A stretch of DNA of 63,785 bases, filler included. It is 4 parts of 4 records of this genome, joined end to end, with 100 filler letters (N's around TTAATTAATTAA, not from the genome) between each part and the next. Parts side by side here need not be neighbours in the genome. Positions count along the whole stretch, not along the records: positions 15,832 to 43,340 come from SRR31156797_15299; positions 43,441 to 58,605 come from SRR31156797_15304; 2 more parts are not named here. One strand, 5' to 3'. Shown one piece after another: positions 32,992-44,040 of this stretch (the stretch's first letter is position 1; each line of letters starts with the position of its first letter). The notes under the pieces were generated by a model. The model made no database searches and had not been told where the DNA came from. It worked only from the letters and a program-made list of their open reading frames with translations. A program made the position numbers and the translations under genes.

Positions 32992-35694
32992 ATGAACTTA
33001 AGAACAATTACACCTACAAACACAATTAGTAAGCTGTGCCTTATAGCATGTATTCTGGGGGGAATGCATGCTACAACTCATGCTTCAGATTTAAAATCTA
33101 TCTCACCTAATGATGGCATCTTCAATTTTTGGAAAAAGAAGAAGAAGGAAACAAAGGTGGATAGCACAGAAAGCAAGAAATCTAAATCAGATTTAAAAGC
33201 CTTTAGCGAGATAATTACTTCTGATGCTCAAACCAAAAATGGAGTAATCGATATCCATCGGGTAAAAAAAGATTACTACTTCGAAATTTCAGATTCTTTA
33301 TTGGGTCGTGATTTTCTTCTAGTGAATAAGATTTCAAAGGTACCTTCTCAGGTGAACGAATTGGGATTGAATAAAGGTATCAATTATCAAAACCTATTGA
33401 TTCGTTTCGAGGTAGATACTCTTAATGAGAAAATTTGGGTGAAAACTTATCATCCTTATTACGAAGGGAAAGAGGGAGATGCAATTAGCTTATCGGTAAA
33501 AGATAATTATATATCTTCAGTTAGAGAATCTTTCGATTTGGCATGTATTGGTAAAGATTCAACTTCGTACGTATTTAAAGTAAACAAAGTATTTGATGGA
33601 TCGGAGAAAAGTTTAAATGATTTGTTTGGTATGTTGGGAATGCCGGGTAGTGCAGTAAAGTCATTATCTAAAATCAATGCAGTTAAAAGCTTTCCGGAAA
33701 ATGTAGTTGTTAAATCTTTACTTACTACAAAAGCTGAAGGAATTACAGTTACGGTTGAAGCTACTACTAATATCGTTTTGTTAGCAGAAAAAGCTATGAA
33801 ACCACGTTTTGCTGATAATAGAATTGGCTACTTTACTACTAAGCATTTTTATTATAAAGATTCTCAGCAAGCTGTTGAGAATCGTGAATTTGTTAACAGA
33901 TGGAGGTTAGAGCCTAAAAAGGAAGATGTAGAACGTTATATGGCTGGTGAATTGGTAGAGCCTAAAAAGCCTATTGTATATTATATCGATCCAGCAACTC
34001 CTCCTCAATGGCGACAAGCTATTAAAGATGGAATTACCGACTGGCAATCAGCTTTCGAGCAGGCAGGATTCAAAAATGCAATTGTAGCAAAAGATGCACC
34101 AGTTGATGATCCTGATTTTGATGGTGATGATGTTCGTTTTTCAATGATCACTTATGCAGCATCGAGCCAGGCAAATGCAATGGGACCATCTGTGGTTGAT
34201 CCTCGTTCAGGTGAAATTATTGAAGCCGATGTAATTTGGTGGCACAATGTAATGACTGCTCTTCACTCATGGATTCGTATTCAAACAGGAAGTATTGATC
34301 CAAAAGCAAGAGACAATAAATTTACAGATGAACACATGGCTCATGCCATTCGTTTTGTTTCATCTCACGAAATTGGTCATACGCTTGGTTTAATGCACAA
34401 TATGGGAGCCTCTTATGCTTTCCCTGTAGATTCACTACGTTCTAAAACATTTACTAGTAGAATGGGCGGAACCGCACCATCTATTATGGATTATGCTCGT
34501 TTTAATTACGTTGCTCAGCCAAAGGATGGTGTAGAGTACATTACGCCTCAGATTGGTGTGTATGATAAGTATGCTATTGCCTGGGCTTATCGTTGGATCA
34601 ATCAGGATACACCTTGGGATGAGTTACAAGTGTTGGGCAATATGATTCGAAAGCATGAAAATGATCCTTTGTATCATTACGGACCTCAGCAGAGTGGAAA
34701 GAATACAATAGACCCTTCAGCACAGAGTGAAGATTTAGGAGACAATTCAATGAAAGCCAGTCGTTACGGGTTGCAGAATTTGAAACGCATTGTTCCTGAA
34801 GTTGAAAAATGGACTTACGAAGAAGGAGTGAGCTACGAAAAAGCTGGAAAAATGATGATGGGTGTAATTGGACAATGGTTTACTTATGCCAATCATGTTA
34901 TCGCTAATATTGGTGGTATCTATTTAGATCAACCGGTATATGGTGAAACTAAATCAGCTTACACTCACGTTGAAAAAGCAAAACAAAAGGATGCAGTAAA
35001 CTATTTAATAGAGGAAGTAATTATGAATCCGAAATGGATTACCAATGCTGAAATCTATAAAAAATCATATCCTATTCGTGAATCGGTTATTGGGGATATC
35101 GAATATGCACCAACAACTTTATTCAGAGATCTTAACTCAAGAATTTTCTACTCAATCCTTCAAAAAGAAAGATTGTTAAGAATGCTTCAGAACGAAGCGG
35201 TTAATGGCGATAAAGCATACACCTTAACAGATATGATGAGAGATATGCACAATGGGATTTTTGCCAAAACTATTAAGAGACAAAAATTGGACGTTTTTAC
35301 GCGTCAAACGCAGAAGAATTTTGTGGATAATTTAATCATTACACACAATAAAACGATGGAGAAAACTTCAAAGAAAACTCTTCATGATGGGCATGATCAT
35401 TCCAATTGTGGATTACACAATCACATGCCAATGCTTTGCGATTATGCACTAAAAAGTGAAGAGATGTTTCAGGATGCAAATGAGCTTGAAGATAAAGAAG
35501 CTCGTTATGCCAATCGAAATGTGTTTTATGCAACAAGCAATCGTGTGTCGGATGTAGTATCTGTTAAACGAGGAGAATTATTACGAATAAGAGACTTACT
35601 CTCAAAGAGATTGAATACATATGATGAAGCAACAAAGTTTCATTATCAGGATTTAATTCTTCGCATTGAGGAAGCACTTAATATACATCAATAA
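32992..35694 (+). CDS. zinc-dependent metalloprotease (EcxA-like, DUF5118/DUF5117/DUF4953 architecture)
   Basis: HEIGHTLGLMHN metzincin motif, SIMDY Met-turn, DPRSGEII; signal peptide. Confidence 0.9.
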   Translation: MNLRTITPTNTISKLCLIACILGGMHATTHASDLKSISPNDGIFNFWKKKKKETKVDSTESKKSKSDLKAFSEIITSDAQTKNGVIDIHRVKKDYYFEISDSLLGRDFLLVNKISKVPSQVNELGLNKGINYQNLLIRFEVDTLNEKIWVKTYHPYYEGKEGDAISLSVKDNYISSVRESFDLACIGKDSTSYVFKVNKVFDGSEKSLNDLFGMLGMPGSAVKSLSKINAVKSFPENVVVKSLLTTKAEGITVTVEATTNIVLLAEKAMKPRFADNRIGYFTTKHFYYKDSQQAVENREFVNRWRLEPKKEDVERYMAGELVEPKKPIVYYIDPATPPQWRQAIKDGITDWQSAFEQAGFKNAIVAKDAPVDDPDFDGDDVRFSMITYAASSQANAMGPSVVDPRSGEIIEADVIWWHNVMTALHSWIRIQTGSIDPKARDNKFTDEHMAHAIRFVSSHEIGHTLGLMHNMGASYAFPVDSLRSKTFTSRMGGTAPSIMDYARFNYVAQPKDGVEYITPQIGVYDKYAIAWAYRWINQDTPWDELQVLGNMIRKHENDPLYHYGPQQSGKNTIDPSAQSEDLGDNSMKASRYGLQNLKRIVPEVEKWTYEEGVSYEKAGKMMMGVIGQWFTYANHVIANIGGIYLDQPVYGETKSAYTHVEKAKQKDAVNYLIEEVIMNPKWITNAEIYKKSYPIRESVIGDIEYAPTTLFRDLNSRIFYSILQKERLLRMLQNEAVNGDKAYTLTDMMRDMHNGIFAKTIKRQKLDVFTRQTQKNFVDNLIITHNKTMEKTSKKTLHDGHDHSNCGLHNHMPMLCDYALKSEEMFQDANELEDKEARYANRNVFYATSNRVSDVVSVKRGELLRIRDLLSKRLNTYDEATKFHYQDLILRIEEALNIHQ

Positions 35695-35788
35695 TTAGTT
35701 AGTTCAGGTTGGGAGAAGAATATTTCTCCTACCTGTTTTTTTGTATGAAATAACCACTATTTTAATAACCAATAAAAAACACAAGTTT

Positions 35789-38700
35789 ATGAAAAGAATG
35801 CTAACCTTGCTTTTGATCTTGATGCCAGCTTTTATCTGGGCTCAGGAAATGAAGCAGATTAAAGGAAAGGTACTCTCGGAGCAGGATGGAGACGTTCTGA
35901 TTGGTGCATCGGTTTATATCGATAAAGCGACAATTGGTGCCGAAACCAAGATGAAAGGGATTATTGAAAACATTACTTTAGGAACCATTACCGATTTTGA
36001 TGGTAATTTTACACTTGAAGTTCCTAAAGATTTAAATACTATTGCCTGTAGCTTTTTGGGCTTCGAAACTCAAATGGTTGATATCAAAGGAAAATCTTTT
36101 GTTACCATTAAATTGGGAGAATCAACAAGTGAGCTAGGCGAAATTATTGTAACTGGATATCAGAAGATCGAAAAACGTAAAGTAACTTCTGCCGTTGTTA
36201 AGGTTAATGCCGATAACATTCGTCAAGCAGGTGTAGCCAATGTTGATCAAATGTTGTCAGGACAATTAGCTGGTGTTACTAGTGTAGTTCAAAGTGGTGC
36301 TCCAGGAGCTCCTGCTAAAATTCGAATTCGTGGTACTGCTTCCTTAAATGGAACTCAGGATCCTCTTTGGGTTTTAGATGGGATTCCATTGGAAGGAAAC
36401 GAAGTTCCTGATTTTAATGATAAGGATAATATCGATCAGTTGTACAATTCATCTATTGCTGGTTTAAATCCTCAGGATATTCAGGATATTACCGTATTGA
36501 AAGATGCTGCTGCTACTGCTATTTATGGAGCTCGTGCTGCCAATGGTGTAATCGTAATTACTTCAAAAAAGGGTAGAGTGGGTAAAATGAAAGTACAACT
36601 TTCAAGCAATACCTCTTTTATTTCGAAACCTGATTTTGGCAAGTTGAATCTGATGAATTCTAATGAGAAAGTTGATTTGGAATTGTTAATGGCAGGTAGA
36701 ACAGACTTAACTTTTAATGCAAGTAAAGGTGGTGTAGCTCAAATTTTAAATGCAAATAATGATTGGGGTAATTTTCGATCAGGAGGTATTGGAGCAATTA
36801 GCTCTGAATCTCTTGCTGCAATTAATCAGTTGAGAGCCATCGATCCTAATCTGGAAGACGAGTTGTATCAGAATGCAATTAATCAGGATCATTCGTTAAG
36901 TATTTCAGGAGGTGATGACTTTGCTACTTACTATTTCTCTGCAGGAATGCATACCGAGAAAGGTACAACTAAGGGAACATCTTTAAGTCGTTACAATGTT
37001 ACTTTGAAAACTGATTTTAAGTTAAGAGACAATTTGACTTTTGGAATAAGCATGTTTGCCAATCAAAAAAGAAATAAAAGTTTCTTATCTGAGGGAAGTA
37101 TGTTGACCAATCCATCTCAATATATTCGTTCTTCAAATCCATATTTAAGATTAAGAGATGACAATGGAAATTATGTGTACAACCAAAATGAACATGGAGC
37201 ATTTAACATTATCAATCTAGATTATAACATTCTGGAAGAGAGAGAAGGAACGAGTCATGTTTTAAAGGGGCAAAGTTTAAATACTATTTTCAATGTTGAT
37301 TGGAAAATACACCCTAATTTAACTTACAGATCTCAATTTGGTTATCAGGTTGATAAAACAAATACAACTAAAGAGGCTGAGCAGGAAACTTTCTATGTGC
37401 GAAAAACTCGTTTCAAGAGTGGATATGGTGGAATTGAAGATAATAAATACAATAATTATTTTCTTCCTGAGGGAGGAATCTTAAGAAATTGGGATGCTGA
37501 TAATTCTTATTACAACTGGAAGAACATTTTAGAGTATTCCAAAACATTTAAGGATCTGCATGAGGTGGATGTAATGGTTGGTAGTGAGATTAGAGAATCA
37601 AAGTATACTCAGGTTGCTTCAGCTGCCTACGGGTGGAATAGCAAGAATAATACATCTAAGCCAGTTGTTTATCGAGATGAAGCGGATGCGAAATCATTTC
37701 CTCTGTTTACAAAAACCTATATTAAAAATAGATATGCTTCGTTCTTTGCAACAGGTTCATATACTTATAACAGAAAATATACATTTTTCGGAAGTGTGCG
37801 TTTCGATGGATCCGATTTGTTTGGTGTTGATTCCAAGTACAGATACTTGCCTTTGTATGCTTTAAGTGCTTCATGGAATGCAAGTGAAGAAGAATTCCTG
37901 AGAAATATTGAATGGTTGAGTTCTTTAAAATTTAGATCTTCATACGGTTTACAAGGAAATATCGATAAGCAAAGTTCACCTTATATTGTTGGAACTCCAA
38001 CAGTTGTAACCAATTTACCAGGAAATAGCGAAGATGGAATTACGGTTGCTGGTCTTCCTAATGACAAATTGAGATGGGAAAAAACTTCGACCTATAATGT
38101 TGGTTTCGATTTGGCTGTTTTACGTCATGCAGTTCGTATGTCTTTTGATTACTATACTCGTAAGGGAACCGATTTGATTGGATCGCAGTCTGTTCCAACA
38201 GAAACTGGTTTCAATTCAATGTCTGTCAACTGGGCTGAGATGACTAACAAAGGTTGGGAATTAAGCATTTCAACCAGAAATATTAAAACGGAAAATTTTG
38301 AGTGGAACACCAACTTTAACATATCTCATAATGAAAATGAAGTGTTAAAGGAACAAAAGCAGATTGATTCTTTTTTCCCATCTCGAGAAGGTTATTCTGC
38401 CAATTCAGTATGGGTAATCAAAACTGCTGGTTTGGATGAAAATGGTTATCCTCAATTCAAGAAAGACGGAAAAATTGTGTCAGGAGATGAGTATTTTGGT
38501 TTATATGATGAATGGGCTGATTTCTATCCTAATTATTTGGCAGGTTCAAAACTTTCTACCGAAGAGCAGAACGATTTACTAGTGAATGTAGGTAGTAGTG
38601 ATCCTAAATATTCGGGTGGTATCATCAATACTTTCAAATATAAGAATATTGATCTTACGGTTTCTGCTAACTTTAACTTGGGAATGAATGTGATGGAAAC

Positions 38701-39121
38701 ACCATCCTATAGTATGACACAGTACGATAAAGCAACTAATACTTCAAGAGTGCTTTTGGATGTTTTACAGGGTAAAAACAAATCATTGCCAAACTTAATG
38801 GAAGCAACATCTGCAGATGGTCAATATTGGATGCAGGAGCAATTTTATAATATAATGCGTTCTGATTTCTACAACCGTTTGGATATATGGCATAAAGAAG
38901 TGGATTACCTAAGAATCAGTAGCATTCGTTTGGGATATTCTTTTACAAAATCAATGCTTGAGGACATAGGTTTATCTAATCTTCGTTTGAGTTTTGAAGC
39001 AAGAAATCCATTTGTTATTTCTAATGGATATGATGGGTATTTCGATCCGGAATCATATGGAAATATTTATGCTCAGCCACAGCAAAAATCATATACTATC
39101 GGTGTTAATCTTACATTTTAA
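35789..39121 (+). CDS. SusC/RagA TonB-dependent outer membrane transporter
   Basis: LKDAAATAIYGARAANGVIVIT plug motif; C-terminal Phe; ATG at 35789. Confidence 0.93.
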   Translation: MKRMLTLLLILMPAFIWAQEMKQIKGKVLSEQDGDVLIGASVYIDKATIGAETKMKGIIENITLGTITDFDGNFTLEVPKDLNTIACSFLGFETQMVDIKGKSFVTIKLGESTSELGEIIVTGYQKIEKRKVTSAVVKVNADNIRQAGVANVDQMLSGQLAGVTSVVQSGAPGAPAKIRIRGTASLNGTQDPLWVLDGIPLEGNEVPDFNDKDNIDQLYNSSIAGLNPQDIQDITVLKDAAATAIYGARAANGVIVITSKKGRVGKMKVQLSSNTSFISKPDFGKLNLMNSNEKVDLELLMAGRTDLTFNASKGGVAQILNANNDWGNFRSGGIGAISSESLAAINQLRAIDPNLEDELYQNAINQDHSLSISGGDDFATYYFSAGMHTEKGTTKGTSLSRYNVTLKTDFKLRDNLTFGISMFANQKRNKSFLSEGSMLTNPSQYIRSSNPYLRLRDDNGNYVYNQNEHGAFNIINLDYNILEEREGTSHVLKGQSLNTIFNVDWKIHPNLTYRSQFGYQVDKTNTTKEAEQETFYVRKTRFKSGYGGIEDNKYNNYFLPEGGILRNWDADNSYYNWKNILEYSKTFKDLHEVDVMVGSEIRESKYTQVASAAYGWNSKNNTSKPVVYRDEADAKSFPLFTKTYIKNRYASFFATGSYTYNRKYTFFGSVRFDGSDLFGVDSKYRYLPLYALSASWNASEEEFLRNIEWLSSLKFRSSYGLQGNIDKQSSPYIVGTPTVVTNLPGNSEDGITVAGLPNDKLRWEKTSTYNVGFDLAVLRHAVRMSFDYYTRKGTDLIGSQSVPTETGFNSMSVNWAEMTNKGWELSISTRNIKTENFEWNTNFNISHNENEVLKEQKQIDSFFPSREGYSANSVWVIKTAGLDENGYPQFKKDGKIVSGDEYFGLYDEWADFYPNYLAGSKLSTEEQNDLLVNVGSSDPKYSGGIINTFKYKNIDLTVSANFNLGMNVMETPSYSMTQYDKATNTSRVLLDVLQGKNKSLPNLMEATSADGQYWMQEQFYNIMRSDFYNRLDIWHKEVDYLRISSIRLGYSFTKSMLEDIGLSNLRLSFEARNPFVISNGYDGYFDPESYGNIYAQPQQKSYTIGVNLTF

Positions 39122-39130
39122 TTGAGACAG

Positions 39131-40462
39131 ATGAAAAAAATTAATAAATATTTATTTTTATTGCTGGCGGTAGTATCATTTTCTGCTTGCGATGATTATT
39201 TGGATGTAAAGCCAAAGGATAGAATCATACCGACTACCGGAACTGATTTTAGAAACCTGCTAAGCAGTGCTTACCATGCAATTCCTGCGGATAAAGCGAA
39301 GTTAGCTTTTCGTACCGACGAAGTAAAATTAAATGAAAGCAGATGGGATTTATCTAATGTAAAGGATATTTACATGTGGAACGATGCCAATCCTGCCAAT
39401 GGTACAATAACCTATACTTATGGTATTTTTTACAAAGTGATCATGTATGCCAATCATGTGATTGCAGAGGGACATGATGCAACCGAAGCAACACAGGAAG
39501 AAATTGATCAGATAGTGGGAGAGGCTTATTTGTTGAGAGCATACATTCATTTCTATTTAGAGAATATGTTTGGGAAACCTTATCAGAAAGCAACCGCTAC
39601 AACAGATCAGGGAATTCCACTTTCGTTAAAAATTGATGTAGAAGCTCAATACATTCCCAATACAGTTGCTGAAGTATATGAGCAAGTTCAATCAGATATT
39701 GCACAAGGTCTTTCTAAGTTAACAGTTGATACTTATGAAACAGGGTTGAACTATCGATTTAGCAAAGTAGCTGCACTAGCATTTCAATCGAGAGTATACT
39801 TGTACATGGCTGAATATGAAAAAGCTAAGGAAAGTGCTTTGGAGGCGTTAAAATTGAAATCAGACTTACAGGATTTGGTAGCTGACAACTCGAAAGCACC
39901 ACACATGTACGATGCTGTAGAAAGCATTCTTGCCATGGATGATAATGTGGATAAGAATTTACGTGATGAAGCTTATGCTTCAGAGGAAATGAAGGCTGCA
40001 TTTGATCAAACCAATGATTTACGTTTTGCTTTGTATTTTAAAGCAGATGGTGAAGAGTTTGCCATTAATAAAGGTCTTGAACTGGCTTCGAAATGTACTT
40101 TCCGTACAGCGGAATTGTACCTTACAATTGCTGAATGTAATGCAAGATTAGATGAATTGGATGATGCAAAAGATTATTTAAATCAGTTAAAAGCAAAACG
40201 TTTGAATGCGGATTTTTACACTGCTGAAGTAACTAGAGTAGATGCATTAAACAAAGCAGATTTAATTACAGAAATTGCAAATGAACGTTTCAGAGAATTT
40301 GCTTTTGAAGGTCACCGTTGGTTCGATTTAAGAAGAACAACACAAGAGCAAATTGTTCACAATTACAAATCTGAGTCTGCAACCTTAACACTTGGAGATC
40401 CACGTTATACCATTCCATTCCCTCAGGAAGCTGTGGATAACAATCCAAATTTGAACAATTAG
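39131..40462 (+). CDS. SusD/RagB nutrient-binding lipoprotein
   Basis: Lipobox FSAC-DDYLD, ER.REFAFEGHRWFDLRR; ATG at 39131. Confidence 0.93.
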   Translation: MKKINKYLFLLLAVVSFSACDDYLDVKPKDRIIPTTGTDFRNLLSSAYHAIPADKAKLAFRTDEVKLNESRWDLSNVKDIYMWNDANPANGTITYTYGIFYKVIMYANHVIAEGHDATEATQEEIDQIVGEAYLLRAYIHFYLENMFGKPYQKATATTDQGIPLSLKIDVEAQYIPNTVAEVYEQVQSDIAQGLSKLTVDTYETGLNYRFSKVAALAFQSRVYLYMAEYEKAKESALEALKLKSDLQDLVADNSKAPHMYDAVESILAMDDNVDKNLRDEAYASEEMKAAFDQTNDLRFALYFKADGEEFAINKGLELASKCTFRTAELYLTIAECNARLDELDDAKDYLNQLKAKRLNADFYTAEVTRVDALNKADLITEIANERFREFAFEGHRWFDLRRTTQEQIVHNYKSESATLTLGDPRYTIPFPQEAVDNNPNLNN

Positions 40463-40491
40463 GATAAATAGCATATTTATTTGAATCAAAA

Positions 40492-40523
40492 TAGGGGCAT
40501 TCCATTGCGGAATGCCCCTTTTC
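40492..40523 (+). terminator. terminator after susD
   Basis: AGGGGCATTCC-attgc-GGAATGCCCCT followed by TTT. Confidence 0.8.
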
Positions 40524-40559
40524 TTTTGTATTTTGGCAGTCCCAAAAAAATAAGAGGAG

Positions 40560-41330
40560 ATGATAGAAGTTGCAATAATAGAGGATGAACATTTGGCAGC
40601 ACGTGAACTGGAGAAGATGCTGCTTAGCTTACGACCGGGAGAAATTAAGGTGAAGGTGCATTTGGAGAATGTTGAGGAAGCGGTGAAATATCTATCTTCT
40701 AATAAGCTCGATTTGTTGTTTATGGACATTCACCTGGGCGATGGAAATAGTTTTGGAATTTTTGATAGAATTAAAGTGGATACACCTGTTATATTCACTA
40801 CAGCTTACGACCAATATGCCATTCAGGCTTTTAAGCAGAATAGTGTTGATTATTTGTTAAAACCAATAGATGTGGATGATTTGGAATTGGCGCTTCAAAA
40901 ATTCGAAAAAAGACATCAAAATCAGGAATCTGTTAACTTATCATCTTTGCAACAGTCTCTTAATAGTTTGGTAGCCGGGAATACTTATCAGGAACGTTTC
41001 ATGGTGAGTTTAGGAGATCGTTTAAGCTCACTTGAGGTAGATAAAATTGCCTATTTTATGGCTGATGGTAAATCTCTTTACCTTTTTGGATTAGATGGTC
41101 ATCGTTACCTATGCGATGGGACCTTAACTTCTTTAGAGAGCAAGCTTGATCCCAAGCGCTTCTTTCGCATCAATCGTAAATTTATGGTGAGTTATGCTTC
41201 TATTGTTGATATGCATTATTACTCCAAAACAAGAATCAAACTTAATCTAAAACCTAATCAGCCTGAATGTATGGATGCCATCGTCAGTCAGGATAGGTGT
41301 AATGATTTTAAGAAGTGGTTGAATGGCTAA
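40560..41330 (+). CDS. LytTR-family response regulator
   Basis: IIEDE, FMDIHL, FTTAYD, YLLKP, FFRINR. Confidence 0.93.
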   Translation: MIEVAIIEDEHLAARELEKMLLSLRPGEIKVKVHLENVEEAVKYLSSNKLDLLFMDIHLGDGNSFGIFDRIKVDTPVIFTTAYDQYAIQAFKQNSVDYLLKPIDVDDLELALQKFEKRHQNQESVNLSSLQQSLNSLVAGNTYQERFMVSLGDRLSSLEVDKIAYFMADGKSLYLFGLDGHRYLCDGTLTSLESKLDPKRFFRINRKFMVSYASIVDMHYYSKTRIKLNLKPNQPECMDAIVSQDRCNDFKKWLNG

Positions 41331-41476
41331 GCTTAAAGCTTATCACTACTTACTTATTCCAGCTTACAATGTTTTGATTGTTACTTAGATTTATTGTTTG
41401 GACCTTACAGTGTCATGATTATAGATCACTCTTTATTGATAAAAGGTTATATTTGCAGCCGAAATTACAAACACAA

Positions 41477-41947
41477 ATGATAGACACATTAGAACAAGGA
41501 TTTTTTGGCATTGGAATACAAAATGGAAAAACACCCGAGAATTTAGGTGTGCTGTGGCGTTCTGCTCAAAATATGGGAGCCAGCTTTATTTTTACTGTTG
41601 GCAAGCGCTATGCAAAGCAAGCCTGCGATACGCATAAGGCTACAGGAGCCATGCCTTACTTCCATTACGATAACTTCGATGATTTTTACGCACACCTTCC
41701 TAAGGGAGCTGTTTTGGTGGGAGTGGAATTAGATGAAAAAGCAGTGCCTTTAGAAGAGTACAAGCATCCTCGTCGTTGTGTTTATTTGTTGGGAGCCGAA
41801 GACAACGGCTTAACCAAGAATGCCATAGAAAAATCGCACCATTTGGTAAAGTTCGATACACGCTTAAGTGTGAATGTATCGGTTGCGGGTAGTATTATCA
41901 TGTACGACAGAAATTTAAAGGCTAAATTCGGTCAAACCTTATACTAG
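41477..41947 (+). CDS. TrmH/SpoU-family RNA methyltransferase
   Basis: NLGVLWRSA, LGAEDNGL and SVNVSVAGSI SPOUT motifs. ATG at 41477 follows TATATTTG. Confidence 0.85.
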   Translation: MIDTLEQGFFGIGIQNGKTPENLGVLWRSAQNMGASFIFTVGKRYAKQACDTHKATGAMPYFHYDNFDDFYAHLPKGAVLVGVELDEKAVPLEEYKHPRRCVYLLGAEDNGLTKNAIEKSHHLVKFDTRLSVNVSVAGSIIMYDRNLKAKFGQTLY

Positions 41948-42015
41948 AGCTTTAAAGATTATAGCAGTAAGGATGTAAAAAAAGTCCCAACAATCTGTCG
42001 GGACTCAAATATTCT

Positions 42016-42651
42016 TTATCGTACAAAATTGGTATAAATTTTCTTTTCCTGAACAGGAGCTTCAACTTTATCTTTTCCATTTTCGATCAGTTTCATCAGG
42101 TAAGCCATGTTTTTACCCAGAACCTGCATGATTTGGACACCTTCTTTATCCTGTAGAACCTCTCCTGGCGTAGTTCCGTGAATCACATTCCAATAGTTCG
42201 ATGTTGGAATCATCATTTCAGAATAGTTTAGGTAGTTGTTTAGTTCGTTAAAGGTTGGTAAGCCACCCGAACGGCGAACTGCCACAACAGAAGCACCAAC
42301 TTTGTGGCGGAACATGGTTCCATTCATTCCTGATACGTAAAAAGCACGATCTAAAAATGATTTCATATTTGCACCTAAGGATGCATAATGAACTGGTGAC
42401 CCTAATAGAATACCATCTGCTTCTTTCATCTTCTGAATCCAAAGGTTCACATCATCATTTTTAATCACACACTTCTCATCGCGGGTTTTACCACAATGAC
42501 CGCAAGCAGTACAACCTTTTACACCTTTGTTTCCAACCTGAACAATTTCGGTTTCAATTCCATTGGCTTCCAATTGCTCACATACCAATTGCAATGCATG
42601 GTATGTATTTCCTTCTTTTTTAGGACTTCCGTTAAATGCGATTACTTTCAT
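42016..42651 (-). CDS. flavodoxin-like iron-sulfur flavoprotein (NADPH-dependent FMN reductase family)
   Basis: FNGSPKKEGNT, CTACGHC.....C, GSPVHY, RRSGG. ATG at 42651. Confidence 0.88.
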   Translation of the reverse strand: MKVIAFNGSPKKEGNTYHALQLVCEQLEANGIETEIVQVGNKGVKGCTACGHCGKTRDEKCVIKNDDVNLWIQKMKEADGILLGSPVHYASLGANMKSFLDRAFYVSGMNGTMFRHKVGASVVAVRRSGGLPTFNELNNYLNYSEMMIPTSNYWNVIHGTTPGEVLQDKEGVQIMQVLGKNMAYLMKLIENGKDKVEAPVQEKKIYTNFVR

Positions 42652-42890
42652 CTTGTTTTTTTGATTTATTTGGTACAACAAAATTAGCGACTGAATTGAT
42701 CGATTTGTTTTAATAAAGTGTTAATTGTACTGTTTAGAATGAAATGAAATAATATCAAGGATGGACCCATTCGAAATGCAATATGAAGGGTTTATCAATT
42801 CCTTATTCATTTGATATTTTATTTATTAAATTGTCATTCATAACACAAGTTAGTAAATCCCTATCTTTGTACTTAAAATTTAGAATTCGC

Positions 42891-43265
42891 ATGACAAAGG
42901 AATCTTGTACATCAAAAATCATTAATTACGACGACAAGCAATATGCTTGCTCACTTGCATTTACTCTTCAATTGATAGGTGACAAATACAAATCGCTCAT
43001 TCTCTTTCATTTAAAAGATGGTGAGATGCGTTCAGGTGAGCTACAAAAGACCATTCATGGCATTTCGAATCGAATGTTTACCTTCTCTATTCGCGCTTTG
43101 GAAAGAGATGGACTGGTAAGTAGAAAAGTATACCCCGAAGTTCCGCCCAAAGTTGTATATGAATTAAGCGATTCTGCAAAATCAATTATCCCCATCATCA
43201 TGGAATTAGACAAATGGGGACAAAATTTTGCAAAAGAGCATCACTTGTATGCTCCAGGAGAATAA
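42891..43265 (+). CDS. HxlR-family transcriptional regulator
   Basis: LIGDKYK..IL, LERDGLV.RKVYPEVPPKVVYEL; divergent from the flavodoxin gene; TATCTTTG box upstream. Confidence 0.88.
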   Translation: MTKESCTSKIINYDDKQYACSLAFTLQLIGDKYKSLILFHLKDGEMRSGELQKTIHGISNRMFTFSIRALERDGLVSRKVYPEVPPKVVYELSDSAKSIIPIIMELDKWGQNFAKEHHLYAPGE

Positions 43266-43340
43266 TGCAATTCGTAGGAATGAGAATAAATCTCAAATAC
43301 ATTTCCAAATGGATCTTCTACATAACACATTCTATATGGT

Positions 43341-43440
43341 NNNNNNNNNNNNNNNNNNNNNNNNNNNNNNNNNNNNNNNNNNNNTTAATTAATTAANNNN
43401 NNNNNNNNNNNNNNNNNNNNNNNNNNNNNNNNNNNNNNNN
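43341..43440. other. artificial contig junction
   Basis: N block with TTAATTAATTAA; sequence is visibly more GC-rich afterwards. Confidence 0.97.
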
Positions 43441-44040
43441 CACTGAGTTATTCCCGCTCAGCAATTTGTATTCTGTAGGAGGCGACGAACATACCCCCTC
43501 TTCGGAGATGTGTCAATTAATATTCCTCACTAAGATGGCGTAACCATTGGTATCTAGGGCCCGCCCTTATTATTCTGCTTTTCCCACAGGCCCAAAAACG
43601 ACATCAATGCAACATTTATACAACACTATTTCAGGCATATATCGCAAAACGCCACAACCGTATAATCTTTACACTACATTTTAAAAAAAGTTTAGCTGCC
43701 ATCCATGCCGGGTTGAAATTTCGGTCGTTTTTTATTGAGCGCCTCAAATTAATTAGTTGAATCAATCTTCAGCTGAGGGTACAAATATCGGTCCGCTTCG
43801 TTAAAATTACAGCTCCCCTACCCGGCGGCTGCATGTGTCACATGTAGTAGTGTCACATTATGCTTAAAATTTAATCCTTGGAGGAAAGCGAAGACTCCTA
43901 TAACAACTATATACCTGTGGTTTTTTTCCACATGCCGTGGAGTCTGCGCTTAAACAAAAATCCTCACTTGTGGACAAACACTAGTTTACCGTGATAAATA
44001 GAAGAGAAATAAACCACGCTCTCAGGAGCCTGGTTGAGCA

